63,999 bases of DNA from contig NC_068983.1 of the NCBI RefSeq assembly GCF_001194135.2, positions 167,685,529 to 167,749,527 on the forward strand. The letters run 5' to 3'. This DNA comes from Octopus bimaculoides. Its lineage: Eukaryota. Each line of letters opens with the position of its first letter. The first letter of the stretch is position 1. Shown here in pieces: positions 63,090-63,999 of this stretch. The notes under the pieces were generated by a model. It ran no database searches. It saw only the letters and a program-made list of their open reading frames with translations, and was not told the origin of the DNA. The position numbers and the translations under genes were made by a program.

Positions 63090-63999
63090 TATATCATCAT
63101 CATCATTTAACATCCGCTTTCCATGCTAGCATGGGTTGGACGGTTTGACTGAGGACTGGCGAACCAGATGGCTACACCAGGCTCCAATCTGATTTGGCAG
63201 AGTTTCTACAGCTAGATGCCCTTCCTAACGCCAACCACTCAGAGAGTGTAGTGGGTGCTTTTATGTGCCACCGGCATGAAGGCCAGTCAGGCAGTACTGG
63301 CAACAGCCACACTCAAAATGGTGTCTTTTACGTGCCACCTGCACAGGAGCCAGTCCAGCGGCACTGGCAATGATCTCATTCGAATGTCTTTTTATGTGCC
63401 ACCGGCACAAGTGCCAGGAAGGTAACGCTGGTAGCGATCACACTCAAATGATACTATTTACGTGCCACCGGTACAGAAGCCAGACAGTTGCTCTGGCAAC
63501 GATCACACTCGAATGGTGCTCTTTGCATTCCACTGGTAAAGGTGCCATCACAATTTCGCTTTCGCTTGCCCCAACAGGTCTTCGCAAGCCGAGTTTAGTG
63601 TCCAATGGAGGAGATGTTGGCATGGGTGCCAGTTGTCGAATTTGGTTCGATTTCGATTTCACTTGCCTCAACAAGTCTTCGCAAGCCAAGTTTAGTGTCC
63701 AATGAAGGAAAGGTATGCATAAGTGGGCTGGCTACACCCCTGGCAGAGGCCTCGGATTATGGTCTCACTTGGCTTGCTGGGTCTTCTCACACACAGCATA
63801 TTTCCAAAGGTCTCGGTCACAAGTCATTGCCTCGGTGAGGCCTAATGTTCGAAGGTTGTGATTCACCACCTCATCTCAGGTCTTCCTGGGTCTACCTCTT
63901 CCACATATTCCCTCAACCGCTAGGATGTGACACTTTTTCACACAGCTGTCCTCAGCCATTCTCGCCACATGACCATACCAGCACAATCGTCTCTCTTGC
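63090..63999 (-). mobile_element. RTE LINE 3' end with full 3' UTR and (ATG)n tail, relatively well preserved
   Basis: Minus strand RRLCWYGHVARMAEDSCVKKC...GRGRPRKT. The 3' UTR matches the many short GGATGCCCTTCCTAACGCCAACCAC copies across the window. Confidence 0.88.

Overview
AT-rich eukaryotic genomic DNA, dense in microsatellites, SINEs, RTE retrotransposon tails and Tc1/mariner remnants. The repeat content points to a cephalopod, probably Octopus (inference). Almost all ORFs in the supplied track are microsatellite or transposon noise. Reading splice signals by hand gave two real genes. (1) On the minus strand at the left edge is the first coding exon (1084->931, absent from the ORF track) of a DUF21/CNNM-type membrane protein. 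(2) On the plus strand from 22179 to beyond the window end is a multi-exon gene; 12 exons were reconstructed with consistent phases (2899 nt, about 966 codons from the first ATG). It encodes a secreted mosaic protein: signal peptide, basic His/Arg tract, TSPN/laminin-G, coiled coil with CxC, truncated VWC, EGF, Kunitz, an unassigned Cys module, a VWC/pacifastin-like module, a tyrosinase (type-3 copper) domain and G[YF][DN]xx pentapeptide repeats. The tyrosinase domain keeps the CuA histidines but has lost two of three CuB histidines. The Kunitz domain has lost exactly the Cys5-Cys55 pair and has His at P1. This looks like a pseudo-enzyme/pseudo-inhibitor extracellular scaffold and is the main candidate novel system. 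Also present: a hAT element with a perfect 8-bp TSD, two CpG-rich islands sharing an inverted 11-bp CRE-like motif, and a 77-bp templated duplication. No databases were searched; all domain calls come from motif recognition.
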